A DNA stretch of 64,000 bases from a virus. Shown one piece after another: positions 27,995 through 38,190 of the stretch. Within the stretch, counting starts at the first letter, position 1. Each line of letters begins with the position of its first letter. The position numbers were made by a program, and so were the translations under genes. The notes under the pieces were generated by a model that had not been told where the DNA came from, ran no database searches, and saw only the letters and a list, made by a program, of their open reading frames with translations. The stretch lies in the IMG/VR virus record IMGVR_UViG_3300042691_027609; one strand, written 5' to 3'.

Positions 27995-30900
27995 ATGGAA
28001 GGACTTGGAAATAAAATAGGCAACGTAATGGGAGTACCGCTCCCGTATCCCGTTAGACTTCAGTTACAAACGCGATCTGCTAAAAATATGAATATAACGG
28101 GGGATCGTGTTGACGGTTATTATAACTTTGAAAGAGATACGGATAACATAAAGTATTTGCAAAACAAAACTGCTTTCGTTAGACTAATATCGTCTGTCGA
28201 TATCAATGGAGATAGTTTACGAAGTTATAATCAAAAAATGCCGGACGGAGTAAAATTCAAAGATGCCAGTGACCCAGCAAAATACTTTGTGCTTGCAGCA
28301 GGAACTTCTATATATAAAAACGATCAGGGTAATTTTAGATACGAACAAAGAGCCGGCGTTTCAAACGATGGTTTGGGCGCATACGGTAATATAGCATCTT
28401 CAACAGAAGTAAACGATTACGGATATAGACCCATGCCTGGTATAGTGGACGTAAAAATTCAAACGCAAGGTCGATTGGGATCGGTTCGTCAAGCGACTGT
28501 TAATTTTAAAGTTTGGACTAAAGATCAATTGGACATAATAGATGCGCTGTATTTCAAAATGGGATACATGATGTTCTTGGAATGGGGAAACGTAATGTAT
28601 TATGACAATTATGGATCTTTACAACAAATGAGTACGACTATAGATCCATTTGCTCCGAATCTAACAAAAGAGAAATTAAATATCTTAATAGCAACAAAAA
28701 AACAAGAAACATACGGTAATTACGATGCGATGTTAGGTATGTGTACATCGTTTAATTTTGATTTCAATCAAGAGGGCGGATACGATTGTTCAATTAAATT
28801 GATAGGACTCGGTGCATTGGCAGATTCCACAAAAATCAATATAGCCTCAAAAATACCAGATTTAACTGAAAAACAAATAAAAACGTTCTTTAGTTTACTT
28901 AGAAAATACAAAGAAGAAGAACTAAGAAAACAACAAGCAGAAGAAGCTAAAAACAATGCTCCTGCTCCTGAACCTATACCCGTACAAAAAAGCGATATAG
29001 AATATATTACAGCGAATAAATCCGATGTAAACGCAAGTAATGTACAGGATTATGCGATACCTGCATTAAATCAAAAAGAATCTGATCTACCCACTAAAGG
29101 TTCAGTTGTATTAACGGGAGGTACTGCTAATGTCGTTGTGAATAGGGATATCAAAATTCTGATGCCGACTAGTGAAGACGACCTCTATGAAAAATTCATA
29201 ATTAATTTAGACGTATTTAAGCAGTATTCTGCTATTATGAAGAAAGTTTTCACGCTCTCTACTACTGAAGCTTTTTCTGGAAACGGTACATACTACTATA
29301 AAACACAGCTTGGCAATCTTAGAATTATTTGGGATGATGACGGAGATGAATCCACATCCATATTTGTAGACGTATTTTCAACGTTAATAAGTCCAACTAA
29401 TTCTAGATACTATCCGTTTACCATATCTTTTAAATTCATAACTGATCCAGCGGGATTGCTGTATCTTTTAGACACTGCGGGAACTAATAATACTGTTGGT
29501 CGAAGAAAAATAAAAACGTTAAGCGGAACTATTGCGGAAGATGGACAATTTGAAAATCAAATACAAGTAAGTGGTAACGATAATGATGTTAAATGGTTTG
29601 AAACACTAATAGTAGCTATGCTTGAAGATCTAGAGAAACCGAATACTGTACTAGAATCATCATCCATGCTTGTAGCAATAAATGATCAAAATTTCGTGGG
29701 CACTAGATCAGGGAAATCAGCAGCAGGACTTCAAGACATCAATCTTGGTAATAATCGAGGTATTAATTTTTCAGCTCCCACTGGTATATATAACAGCATG
29801 AAAAATAAAAAAGGAGATTCTTATAAAATAACTATTCCAGTATCGTGTAAAGTTCAGGCACTCTTACCCAAAACAGAAAAATTATCTGATGGCTCTACGA
29901 AAGTTTCGTCTGAATTAGCGTGGCAAGATACCTTCGTATCGTGCGATTTTTGTTTCGGACCAGATTCATCAATAGTAAAGGGTGCTGTCGCAGAAAAAGA
30001 AGCCAATAAAGCATTATTATTCAAAGATTTTCAAAATAACTTAACTCTAGCAGAAAAAAATGAGCAAGCAGAAGCAGAAAAGCAAAGACTTGCAGATTTA
30101 AAAGCTGAACAAGATCAACGAAATAAAGAGTTCCAAGAGATGGTCGATAATGCTCTTAAAGAAGAGGGTTATAAGTACGCATCGGGTCTTGAAGTGTTTT
30201 TACGAACCATTCAATTAGATGCACTAAATACTACGATAAGTACAAAAGCTGGCGGATTTGATTTTAGAGAAGTTTCTGTTATAGATCTAGCAAAATCCAA
30301 AGCTGGGGATAAATCTATTTTAGAACAGCTATTCACAAACGGACTATTTTCAGGGCAAATATTAAAATATTATAACGATCCATCAGTGTTTTCTAAAGGT
30401 TTAGAAGTCGACGCCAATAAGAGAGATAGATTATTAGCATTTGCTGCTTACGGATTCAATCATAATATGATGAGTAACGCAGATCCTAAAAAGTTTGTGC
30501 AAGAGTCAGGATTAAAAACGTGCGATTTTAAGGGTATGTTCAAATCTTGGGTTATGCCATACGACATAAATCAAGAAGTAATGACAGGCGTTGATGTCAA
30601 CCATCCCGTATACATAAGACTTGATTTGTTACTGATGGCAATAAATCACATGTGTCTGCTATATGATTCATCAAAAACTGCTGACAATAAGGCTGCAACA
30701 TTCGAAAATCAGTCGCCAATAATTTATGTAGATTTTAATACACACACCAATACGTGCTTGACTTCTCCTTTACAGATGTCTGTGGACATATTAAAATTCA
30801 TGATACAGTTTAGAGCCACAGACGAACAGTATAGATTGCTTTTCAATAAAGAATCGGTAGACGAAAGTAGAATATCATCAGAAGCAAAAAAATTATTAGC

Positions 30901-32671
30901 AGAAGGTAAAACAGAAAAAGAGATTCTAAATAAAATTGGAGAAGTAGTGTCTCAAACGGTACAAAAAGATGTTGCCTCTAAATTAGGAAGCAAGATATTC
31001 AAACCACAATCTCAAGATTTCATTTCGGGATACTTACCAGATTTTAAAGATCCCAATAATACATCAACAGGCGCTTGGCAAGGCAGAATAATGAATGTAC
31101 TAGTTAGCATAGAATATTTGTTGAGTCTGTGTGAAAGTTTTTCTAAAAATGATGATTCTAACGGAGTTTATTTAAAGCAATTTTTGGATCAACTTTTGGC
31201 AGATTTGAATAAAAGTTTAGGAGATATTAACATGTTTAGATTGTCGTACGACGATAAATCCAATTGTATGGTCATTGTTGATGATCAATCTTCACCTCTT
31301 CAAAACGGAGAAAAGTATCCTAGATTTTATGGAACAAATTACGATAAACTTCCTCACGTGGAGTTTGATAAAAATAGCATAGAATTGCCTCTTTACGGAA
31401 GAAAATCAATAGCTAAATCGTTAAGTATCAAAACAGAAGTTAGTACAAAACTGTCTAACATGTTAGCCATATCGGCTAATGCAAAGCAATCTTCTGATGC
31501 GGGTAAAGATGCATCTCCGTTTGGTCAATATAACAAAGATTTTGTCAATAGATACATGAACGAAGCAAGAATAGCTGATGCAGGAAAAACCGACGTAACG
31601 CCTGGCGATATAAAAGCGGCTGAGTCTTTTAACGATTTTGTAGTGAGCATTTTTAGTAGTGATCAACCGTTGATAGATAACATTGATTCTGCTATGAACT
31701 ACTATGTAGAAAGAATGAATGATAAAAAATCAGAAAGATCTGCAACCAGAGCATCTGCAATGATTCCTGTGTCCGTCAACTTCACAACGAATGGAATATC
31801 TGGATTGCACATGGGTCAAGCTTTTACCATTCCAGAACAATTGTTACCCGCTACTTACGAAAGATTTTCAGAAGCAACAGGTAAGAGAGTCGGATTCGTA
31901 GTAGTGGGCATAGACGATACTATATCAAGTAATATATGGGATACGTCAGTTAAAGCTAACATGTTTTTCATGAAAGACGCAATAGATTACTACACTAGTA
32001 AAAAGTTCTTCAACGTAAATGCTCTTTCTACAGGAATGGTAAAAACCGAAGATCAGTTAGTTACAGATAATTTCGGATCAACTTTTACAGGAGACCCAGG
32101 AAGCAATGTTACCGAAGCAGGTTCAGGTGGCCATCCTATAACTGACAAAGATATTGCTTTTGCGAATAAACATACACAAGGCGTGTTACCTGCGATTAAA
32201 CTGTCTGATAACACTTTCAAAATACAGAGATCTGAGAATCTGGGTAAAAATGGAGTTAGAAATTGGTTAGCCGTTAACCCCGAATTTACAAAAACATTCG
32301 TTAACGTAGAAGTACCATTAGAAAATGGAACCGCAAATGTAAAAGTTAGACCAGAATTCGCAGAATCGTTAAATAAAGCATTTGCAGAAATAAAACAATC
32401 AGGATTAAATAAGTATATAAAATCATCAGCGGGTGGACTTGCAGTAAGAAATGTAACTAAAGGAAATTCGTTGTCATTTCACGCGTGGGGATTTGCTATA
32501 GATATTAATGCATCAACATATCCGTATGGTACAAAATTCCCGCAAAGTCCTAATACTGATCAAGATAAAGGTTTTGAAAAAGTAACAGACATATTAGCTA
32601 AATATGGAATAGGTTGGCTTAGAAACAGTGATCCTATGCACTTTTCAATATACGAAATAAGTAAAAAATAA
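27995..32671 (+). CDS. Baseplate hub protein with a C-terminal M15-family peptidoglycan peptidase
   Basis: RPMPGI and LEWG in the N-terminal part; C-terminal R..S.HAWG.AIDIN...DPMHF zinc-peptidase motif. Confidence 0.75.
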   Translation: MEGLGNKIGNVMGVPLPYPVRLQLQTRSAKNMNITGDRVDGYYNFERDTDNIKYLQNKTAFVRLISSVDINGDSLRSYNQKMPDGVKFKDASDPAKYFVLAAGTSIYKNDQGNFRYEQRAGVSNDGLGAYGNIASSTEVNDYGYRPMPGIVDVKIQTQGRLGSVRQATVNFKVWTKDQLDIIDALYFKMGYMMFLEWGNVMYYDNYGSLQQMSTTIDPFAPNLTKEKLNILIATKKQETYGNYDAMLGMCTSFNFDFNQEGGYDCSIKLIGLGALADSTKINIASKIPDLTEKQIKTFFSLLRKYKEEELRKQQAEEAKNNAPAPEPIPVQKSDIEYITANKSDVNASNVQDYAIPALNQKESDLPTKGSVVLTGGTANVVVNRDIKILMPTSEDDLYEKFIINLDVFKQYSAIMKKVFTLSTTEAFSGNGTYYYKTQLGNLRIIWDDDGDESTSIFVDVFSTLISPTNSRYYPFTISFKFITDPAGLLYLLDTAGTNNTVGRRKIKTLSGTIAEDGQFENQIQVSGNDNDVKWFETLIVAMLEDLEKPNTVLESSSMLVAINDQNFVGTRSGKSAAGLQDINLGNNRGINFSAPTGIYNSMKNKKGDSYKITIPVSCKVQALLPKTEKLSDGSTKVSSELAWQDTFVSCDFCFGPDSSIVKGAVAEKEANKALLFKDFQNNLTLAEKNEQAEAEKQRLADLKAEQDQRNKEFQEMVDNALKEEGYKYASGLEVFLRTIQLDALNTTISTKAGGFDFREVSVIDLAKSKAGDKSILEQLFTNGLFSGQILKYYNDPSVFSKGLEVDANKRDRLLAFAAYGFNHNMMSNADPKKFVQESGLKTCDFKGMFKSWVMPYDINQEVMTGVDVNHPVYIRLDLLLMAINHMCLLYDSSKTADNKAATFENQSPIIYVDFNTHTNTCLTSPLQMSVDILKFMIQFRATDEQYRLLFNKESVDESRISSEAKKLLAEGKTEKEILNKIGEVVSQTVQKDVASKLGSKIFKPQSQDFISGYLPDFKDPNNTSTGAWQGRIMNVLVSIEYLLSLCESFSKNDDSNGVYLKQFLDQLLADLNKSLGDINMFRLSYDDKSNCMVIVDDQSSPLQNGEKYPRFYGTNYDKLPHVEFDKNSIELPLYGRKSIAKSLSIKTEVSTKLSNMLAISANAKQSSDAGKDASPFGQYNKDFVNRYMNEARIADAGKTDVTPGDIKAAESFNDFVVSIFSSDQPLIDNIDSAMNYYVERMNDKKSERSATRASAMIPVSVNFTTNGISGLHMGQAFTIPEQLLPATYERFSEATGKRVGFVVVGIDDTISSNIWDTSVKANMFFMKDAIDYYTSKKFFNVNALSTGMVKTEDQLVTDNFGSTFTGDPGSNVTEAGSGGHPITDKDIAFANKHTQGVLPAIKLSDNTFKIQRSENLGKNGVRNWLAVNPEFTKTFVNVEVPLENGTANVKVRPEFAESLNKAFAEIKQSGLNKYIKSSAGGLAVRNVTKGNSLSFHAWGFAIDINASTYPYGTKFPQSPNTDQDKGFEKVTDILAKYGIGWLRNSDPMHFSIYEISKK

Positions 32672-32680
32672 TTATACAAA

Positions 32681-33364
32681 ATGTCATTAAGATACTACCC
32701 AACGTCAAAAATAAAGGCAAATAAAACAGCAAAAGAAAATGAATTTCTACTGGGTGGATCAGTATACTCAGGAAAATATTATGAAACTTTTGACGGTAAG
32801 TTTTTTACAGGAGCAAATCCTATTATCGGAACTAATAAACAACTTCAAAGAATAACACCATACATAAATAGTCCGTATATTACTGATACAGGAATGTCTA
32901 GACAAATGAGAAAAGATTTTGTCTCAAAAAATAATAATAGACCTATACTAAACCCGCCTGAAGAAGTATCAATACCTGGAATTACAATCCCTCCTCCGAC
33001 TTTTAAAGGAGAACCTACTTCATACTTTCCCGTACCTTTACCAGAAGATTACACAAAAGGATCAATAACTAGATATTTTGCGAAGAGGATAAACAGCAAA
33101 GGTTACGTAACAGAAATATCAGAACAAGAGTACATAGCCATTCAAAATGGAAAAGTTCCGTACGACGTTTCTAATTATTTGACAATAAAAATATTTTGGA
33201 AAATAACAGGTCCGTTAAACCAAAAAAGAGTTTCTCAATACGATATTAGAGCTGGTATTATAGACACAAATAAAAGATTGGTAGAGACCGCAGAAAAAAC
33301 GTTTTTAGGTATAGTTGCTTATATAGGTGGTCAATACGATAAATTTGCCAAACCCACTGAATAA
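32681..33364 (+). CDS. Hypothetical protein (probably baseplate-associated)
   Basis: 227-aa ORF closing the tail module. Confidence 0.6.
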   Translation: MSLRYYPTSKIKANKTAKENEFLLGGSVYSGKYYETFDGKFFTGANPIIGTNKQLQRITPYINSPYITDTGMSRQMRKDFVSKNNNRPILNPPEEVSIPGITIPPPTFKGEPTSYFPVPLPEDYTKGSITRYFAKRINSKGYVTEISEQEYIAIQNGKVPYDVSNYLTIKIFWKITGPLNQKRVSQYDIRAGIIDTNKRLVETAEKTFLGIVAYIGGQYDKFAKPTE

Positions 33365-33419
33365 AAATATTTTTATCTAAACAGAATAAGGGTTATTTTT
33401 AGATCTAAATAAACAGGTT

Positions 33420-34715
33420 TTGTATTTCATAATAGAACACATAGATCAACTATCAAAATTAGACCCATGCGAATCTGGGTTCGTTCAGGTCATATCCTGT
33501 AACGATAGTTATCATCCTAAACTATCAAAAGTATCTCTAGTATACTATAATAACTTTAGCAAAGGATACATCTTTGCGGTAGATCACTCTGAATCACTGT
33601 CACTCGATATAGAACATATCAAATCGTTTCTCGATAAACATTCAAAAATATATGTATTTGACAGAAAATACCATTCATATTTTATCAACATAGATAATGC
33701 TGTTGATTTACAATTTGCTGCGCTTAATCAATTTGGAAAATTCGAGTCATTAGATTGTAACACACATTTACACAATGATTTTTATAACAGACACTCCGTT
33801 GATCCACGAATAAATAGGGTTATACCGATAAGTAAACACTATGAAAAATGCGAATGCTTTTATAACGCAACAAAACATCTGATTGGATTAGAAACAGATC
33901 TTGAGTTAGAAAAACACATCGTAAAATCGTATAAATATGTAGAAGAAAACGGTTTAAAAATAGACCTGAAAAAATTTAAAGGTAAATATAAAACACAATG
34001 CGATGATTTTTCAATCAATGGAGAAATAATATACGGAACGTATAATTTATATAATATAACAGGTCGTCCAACCAACGCTTTTAACGGAGTTAATTTCTTG
34101 GCCATACCAAAAGAAGACGGGTATCGAGACTGTTTTATTCCGAAAAATGACGTTTTTGTTGAGTTTGATTTTGACGCGTACCATTTACGACTGATCGCAA
34201 AGTTGATTGATTACCAGTTTACGAGTGAATCTATACACGAAACACTAGGAAAGTATTATTTTCAAAAAGATCAACTAACAGATGAAGAATACAAGAAATC
34301 GAAAGAGACAACATTCAAACAACTGTACGGTGGCATAGAAGATCAATATAAAAATATAGAGTTTTTTTCTCTACTCAATAATTTTATAGAAAAAGAATGG
34401 AAAAAGTACATTAAATTTGGAGCAACAGTATTACCAACAGGGAGGATAATAAAGAAAACAGAGGGGATGAACAAACTGAGGGTATTCAACTACATCATCC
34501 AAAGCACAGAAACAAAATACAACGTAGAGAAAATACAAAAACTGAGAGTTGAATTACAAGGCAAAAAATCTCAACTTGTGTTAATAACGTATGATTCGTT
34601 TTTATTTGATTTCAGCGTAGAAGATGGTAAACAAACATTAGAAAATATAAAAAATATTTTACAAGAAGACGGATTTGCAGTAAAATACAAATACGGCAAG
34701 AATTACAATTTATAA
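33420..34715 (+). CDS. Divergent short family-A DNA polymerase-like protein
   Basis: TGRP, DFDAYHLRL (motif A), KETTFKQLYG (motif B), NYIIQS and YDSFLFD (motif C). Confidence 0.8.
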   Translation: MYFIIEHIDQLSKLDPCESGFVQVISCNDSYHPKLSKVSLVYYNNFSKGYIFAVDHSESLSLDIEHIKSFLDKHSKIYVFDRKYHSYFINIDNAVDLQFAALNQFGKFESLDCNTHLHNDFYNRHSVDPRINRVIPISKHYEKCECFYNATKHLIGLETDLELEKHIVKSYKYVEENGLKIDLKKFKGKYKTQCDDFSINGEIIYGTYNLYNITGRPTNAFNGVNFLAIPKEDGYRDCFIPKNDVFVEFDFDAYHLRLIAKLIDYQFTSESIHETLGKYYFQKDQLTDEEYKKSKETTFKQLYGGIEDQYKNIEFFSLLNNFIEKEWKKYIKFGATVLPTGRIIKKTEGMNKLRVFNYIIQSTETKYNVEKIQKLRVELQGKKSQLVLITYDSFLFDFSVEDGKQTLENIKNILQEDGFAVKYKYGKNYNL

Positions 34716-34750
34716 AACAAAATCACATATTTATTAAAGACATAAAGGTT

Positions 34751-35173
34751 ATGTATCAAGAAAAGGAATTATCTGAAGCGGACATTATGAATAAACTCTT
34801 TTGTAGTTTTTCTCCCAAACAAGACTTGGAGTTAAGATTATCTGAAATCACAAGTGAATATACCATACTTTATGGTAAGATATTCGTTTTGGCTTCACCA
34901 GAATCTGATGACTATCTGTGCACATACAACATAGAACCGAAAGATAAAGTCACTAAAATCATACCTAATACAATTCTGTTACACAGAAAAAAAGAAAGCA
35001 ACACACTTTATACGATAAATGCACTCAACATTTTAATTAAAAGTATTAACAATGGTGTGTTGGATCCAACTTTTCCAATATCTTGGAAAGATCATCAAAA
35101 CAGCGTACTTCTCACGCAAGATTCCCAGTTAAGAAAATTAAATACGGTGGTACATAAAATCATCACTGTATAA
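34751..35173 (+). CDS. Hypothetical protein
   Basis: Clean ORF with an upstream ATATTTAT motif; LHRKKESNTLYTINALN. Confidence 0.7.
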   Translation: MYQEKELSEADIMNKLFCSFSPKQDLELRLSEITSEYTILYGKIFVLASPESDDYLCTYNIEPKDKVTKIIPNTILLHRKKESNTLYTINALNILIKSINNGVLDPTFPISWKDHQNSVLLTQDSQLRKLNTVVHKIITV

Positions 35174-35230
35174 ATAAACAGTTATAGTAAAATAAAGTTT
35201 TTGTATATTGTAAAATAAAATGTTATAATT

Positions 35231-36040
35231 ATGGATTTAAACAGTTTAAAATCGCGTTTAGCAGCGTTGCAAAATCCTCGTGGGGGACAGAAGAAGGACT
35301 TCTCCAATACAATTTGGAAGCCCAATGTAGGTAAGCACCTGGTAAGAATCGTTCCGTCTGCCTATAACAGGCAAAATCCTTTTAAGGAAGTGTTCATCCA
35401 CTACGGTATTGGTAACAAGATGATGGTATCGCCTACCACTTTTGGCGAAAAGGATCCGATTGTAGAATTTGCACAGGGACTAAGGAAAACTTCTGAGAAA
35501 GAAAACTGGTCAATGGCAAAGAAGTTGGAACCGAAACTTAGGGTTATGGTACCCGTTATTGTTAGAGGGGAAGAAGACAAAGGAGTTCGTCTTTGGGAAT
35601 TTGGTAAACAAGTTTACATGGATTTGTTGTCCTTTGTTGAAGATGAAGACATTGGTGATTTTACCGATCCTATTCAAGGTCGTGATATTACCGTAGAAAC
35701 TTCGGGAAAAGAAACAACTGGTTTGATGTATAATACATCTACAGTAAGAGTGAGAACAAAAATCACGCCTCTATCAGAAGATGCTGATAAGGTAAAATTC
35801 TGGCTAGATAATCAGCCCGATCCAGCTTCTCTATTCAAACGTTTCTCTTACGAAGAAATGAAAACAGCTCTAATGTCTTATTTGAATCCTGAAGAGGATC
35901 TCAAAGAACAGGCTGATTCTGTAGAGTCTAAAGAACCTGAGAGCGATCTTCCTTTTGACAAACCTACGGCGAAGTATGCGCTAAACACAAAAAAATCAGA
36001 CGTCGATTCCAAAATCGATGAGCTATTCTCAGATTTTTAA
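35231..36040 (+). CDS. Single-stranded DNA-binding protein (gp32-like)
   Basis: VRIVP, LWEFGK and D..GRD motifs; acidic C-terminal tail DELFSDF. Confidence 0.85.
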   Translation: MDLNSLKSRLAALQNPRGGQKKDFSNTIWKPNVGKHLVRIVPSAYNRQNPFKEVFIHYGIGNKMMVSPTTFGEKDPIVEFAQGLRKTSEKENWSMAKKLEPKLRVMVPVIVRGEEDKGVRLWEFGKQVYMDLLSFVEDEDIGDFTDPIQGRDITVETSGKETTGLMYNTSTVRVRTKITPLSEDADKVKFWLDNQPDPASLFKRFSYEEMKTALMSYLNPEEDLKEQADSVESKEPESDLPFDKPTAKYALNTKKSDVDSKIDELFSDF

Positions 36041-36045
36041 TTTCT

Positions 36046-36077
36046 AATCCCTCTCTTAATTGAGGGGGATTTTTTTA
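36046..36077 (+). terminator. Intrinsic terminator after the SSB gene
   Basis: AATCCCTCTC-TTAATT-GAGGGGGATT followed by a T run. Confidence 0.85.
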
Positions 36078-36093
36078 AAATACAAGTTTTAAT

Positions 36094-37167
36094 ATGGCAA
36101 AAAGCACAAAGTCGCTAAATGCGAGCGTATCGCAAGCAATAAAGGGTAACTTTAGTTTGGATAGTTTTAAAAAATCCAAGAATTTAAGTTCCACATCAGT
36201 GAAATTCAAAGATCAAAAATGGATTCCACTATCTCCCGCTTTTCAAGAAGCATTACAAATTCCAGGCGTGCCAATCGGACATATCACCTTATTAAGAGGT
36301 CACTCAGACACAGGTAAAACAACAGCTTTACTCGAAGCTGCTGTATCTTGTCAAAAAATGGGAATCTTACCCGTTTTTATTATCACAGAAATGAAATGGT
36401 CTTGGGAACACGCAAGACAAATGGGATTAGAGTTCGAAGAGGTCGCAGATAACGACGGAGTAGTTTCAGACTACAAAGGATTTTTCTTGTTTATTGATAG
36501 AGAAAAATTAAATTCCATTGAAGACGTAAGTGCATTTATAGCTGACATCCTCGACGAACAAAAGAGAGGAAGCCTACCTTATGATTTATGTTTCTTTTGG
36601 GATTCTGTTGGATCAATTCCGTGTAGAATGAGCTTAGAGAAATCAACAAACAATAACGAATGGAATGCAGGCGCGATGAGTCAACAGTTCGGTAATTTTA
36701 TCAATCAACGAATAGTATTATCGAGAAAGGAAAATCAGCCGTATACCAACACGATGGTGGCAATCAATAAAGTATGGGTCGCAAAACCCGAAACGATCAT
36801 GAGTCAGCCAAAATTGTGTAACAAAGGCGGTAATACAATGTATTTCGATGCATCGCTTGTTATCACTTTTGGAAATATCGCATCAGCAGGCACAAACAAG
36901 ATCAAAGCTACCAAAGGAGGCAAAGAGATAGAGTTCGCAAAACGAACCAAGATCAGCTGTGATAAAAATCACGTTACTGGAGTTACAGCTGTTACAAAAG
37001 TTATTATGACTGTTCACGGGTTTATACTCGACGATAAAAAACAATTGGATAAGTATAAAGCCGAACACGCAGATGAATGGACACAGGTACTTGGTGCTGG
37101 TCCTATCGAAGTAGTAGAAGAAGAAGACACATCGTCGAAAGCCGATATTTTTGATTCAGAAGAATAA
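36094..37167 (+). CDS. RecA/UvsX-like recombinase
   Basis: GHSDTGKT Walker A; WDSVG; KGG..YF motifs. Confidence 0.9.
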   Translation: MAKSTKSLNASVSQAIKGNFSLDSFKKSKNLSSTSVKFKDQKWIPLSPAFQEALQIPGVPIGHITLLRGHSDTGKTTALLEAAVSCQKMGILPVFIITEMKWSWEHARQMGLEFEEVADNDGVVSDYKGFFLFIDREKLNSIEDVSAFIADILDEQKRGSLPYDLCFFWDSVGSIPCRMSLEKSTNNNEWNAGAMSQQFGNFINQRIVLSRKENQPYTNTMVAINKVWVAKPETIMSQPKLCNKGGNTMYFDASLVITFGNIASAGTNKIKATKGGKEIEFAKRTKISCDKNHVTGVTAVTKVIMTVHGFILDDKKQLDKYKAEHADEWTQVLGAGPIEVVEEEDTSSKADIFDSEE

Positions 37168-37170
37168 TAT

Positions 37171-38190
37171 ATGAATAATCAATACAAAAAAATACTTGAT
37201 TCTCTTAACGAAAAGGAAGAGAAACTAGACCTTAACGTAAATAGTCGAATACTAATTATAGATTCACTTAATACGTTTCTAAGGGCATTTACAGTCATAA
37301 GACATGTAAATAAGTCTGGCAATCATATCGGTGGATTGACGGGTTTCTTGAGATCTGTAACGTATGCTATGAATCTTGTAAAACCCACAAGAGTGATTCT
37401 TGTTTTCGATGGTCACGGTGGTTCTACGAATAAAAGATACATATATCCAGAATACAAAGCTAATCGAGGAATCAATCGAGTTACTAATTGGGATATGTTC
37501 GAAAATCAACAAGACGAATCAGAGTCGATAACTATGCAGATAGTTAGACTGGTTGAATATCTTAAGTGTTTACCTGTAGATCTATTATCGATAGATAAAA
37601 TTGAAGCTGATGATGTTATTGGATATATAGCGAAAAATGTTGGAGATCAGGTTTGTATAATGTCGTCAGATAGAGATTATTTGCAACTTGTATCAAATAA
37701 GATATCCATTTTTTCTCCTACAAAAAAGAAGTTTTACGATCAAAAATCGGTATTAGAAGAATACGGCGTAACTTCTCAAAACTTCTTAACACAAAAAATA
37801 CTTCTTGGGGACAGCGGAGATAACGTTCCAGGAGTCAAAGGATTAGGATCTAAGACAATGTTAAAGCTGTTTCCGGAGTTAGGTGGCGAAGACGTGGTGA
37901 GTCTAGAGCAACTTTTACAAAAGTGCCAACAGGAAAATAAAAAGATGCATGAAAGTATATTGAATTTTGAGCATCAGTTACATGTGAATAAAAAATTGAT
38001 GGATCTTCATGAGCCTAATATACCTGAAGAGGCACTAGAAGAAATAAATAATCTCATACTTAATCCGAATAGAGAGTTAAATTCCCAAGAGTTTATTAAG
38101 TTGTATCATGAAGACGAGCTTGGAAATTCAATAAACAACTTACAAGCTTGGTTATTTAACAATTTTAATCATTTAAAATTCATAAAATAA
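37171..38190 (+). CDS. 5'-3' exonuclease/flap endonuclease (T4 RNase H-like)
   Basis: VFDG, YKANR, EADD, SSDRD and GDSGDNVPGVKG motifs. Confidence 0.93.
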   Translation: MNNQYKKILDSLNEKEEKLDLNVNSRILIIDSLNTFLRAFTVIRHVNKSGNHIGGLTGFLRSVTYAMNLVKPTRVILVFDGHGGSTNKRYIYPEYKANRGINRVTNWDMFENQQDESESITMQIVRLVEYLKCLPVDLLSIDKIEADDVIGYIAKNVGDQVCIMSSDRDYLQLVSNKISIFSPTKKKFYDQKSVLEEYGVTSQNFLTQKILLGDSGDNVPGVKGLGSKTMLKLFPELGGEDVVSLEQLLQKCQQENKKMHESILNFEHQLHVNKKLMDLHEPNIPEEALEEINNLILNPNRELNSQEFIKLYHEDELGNSINNLQAWLFNNFNHLKFIK

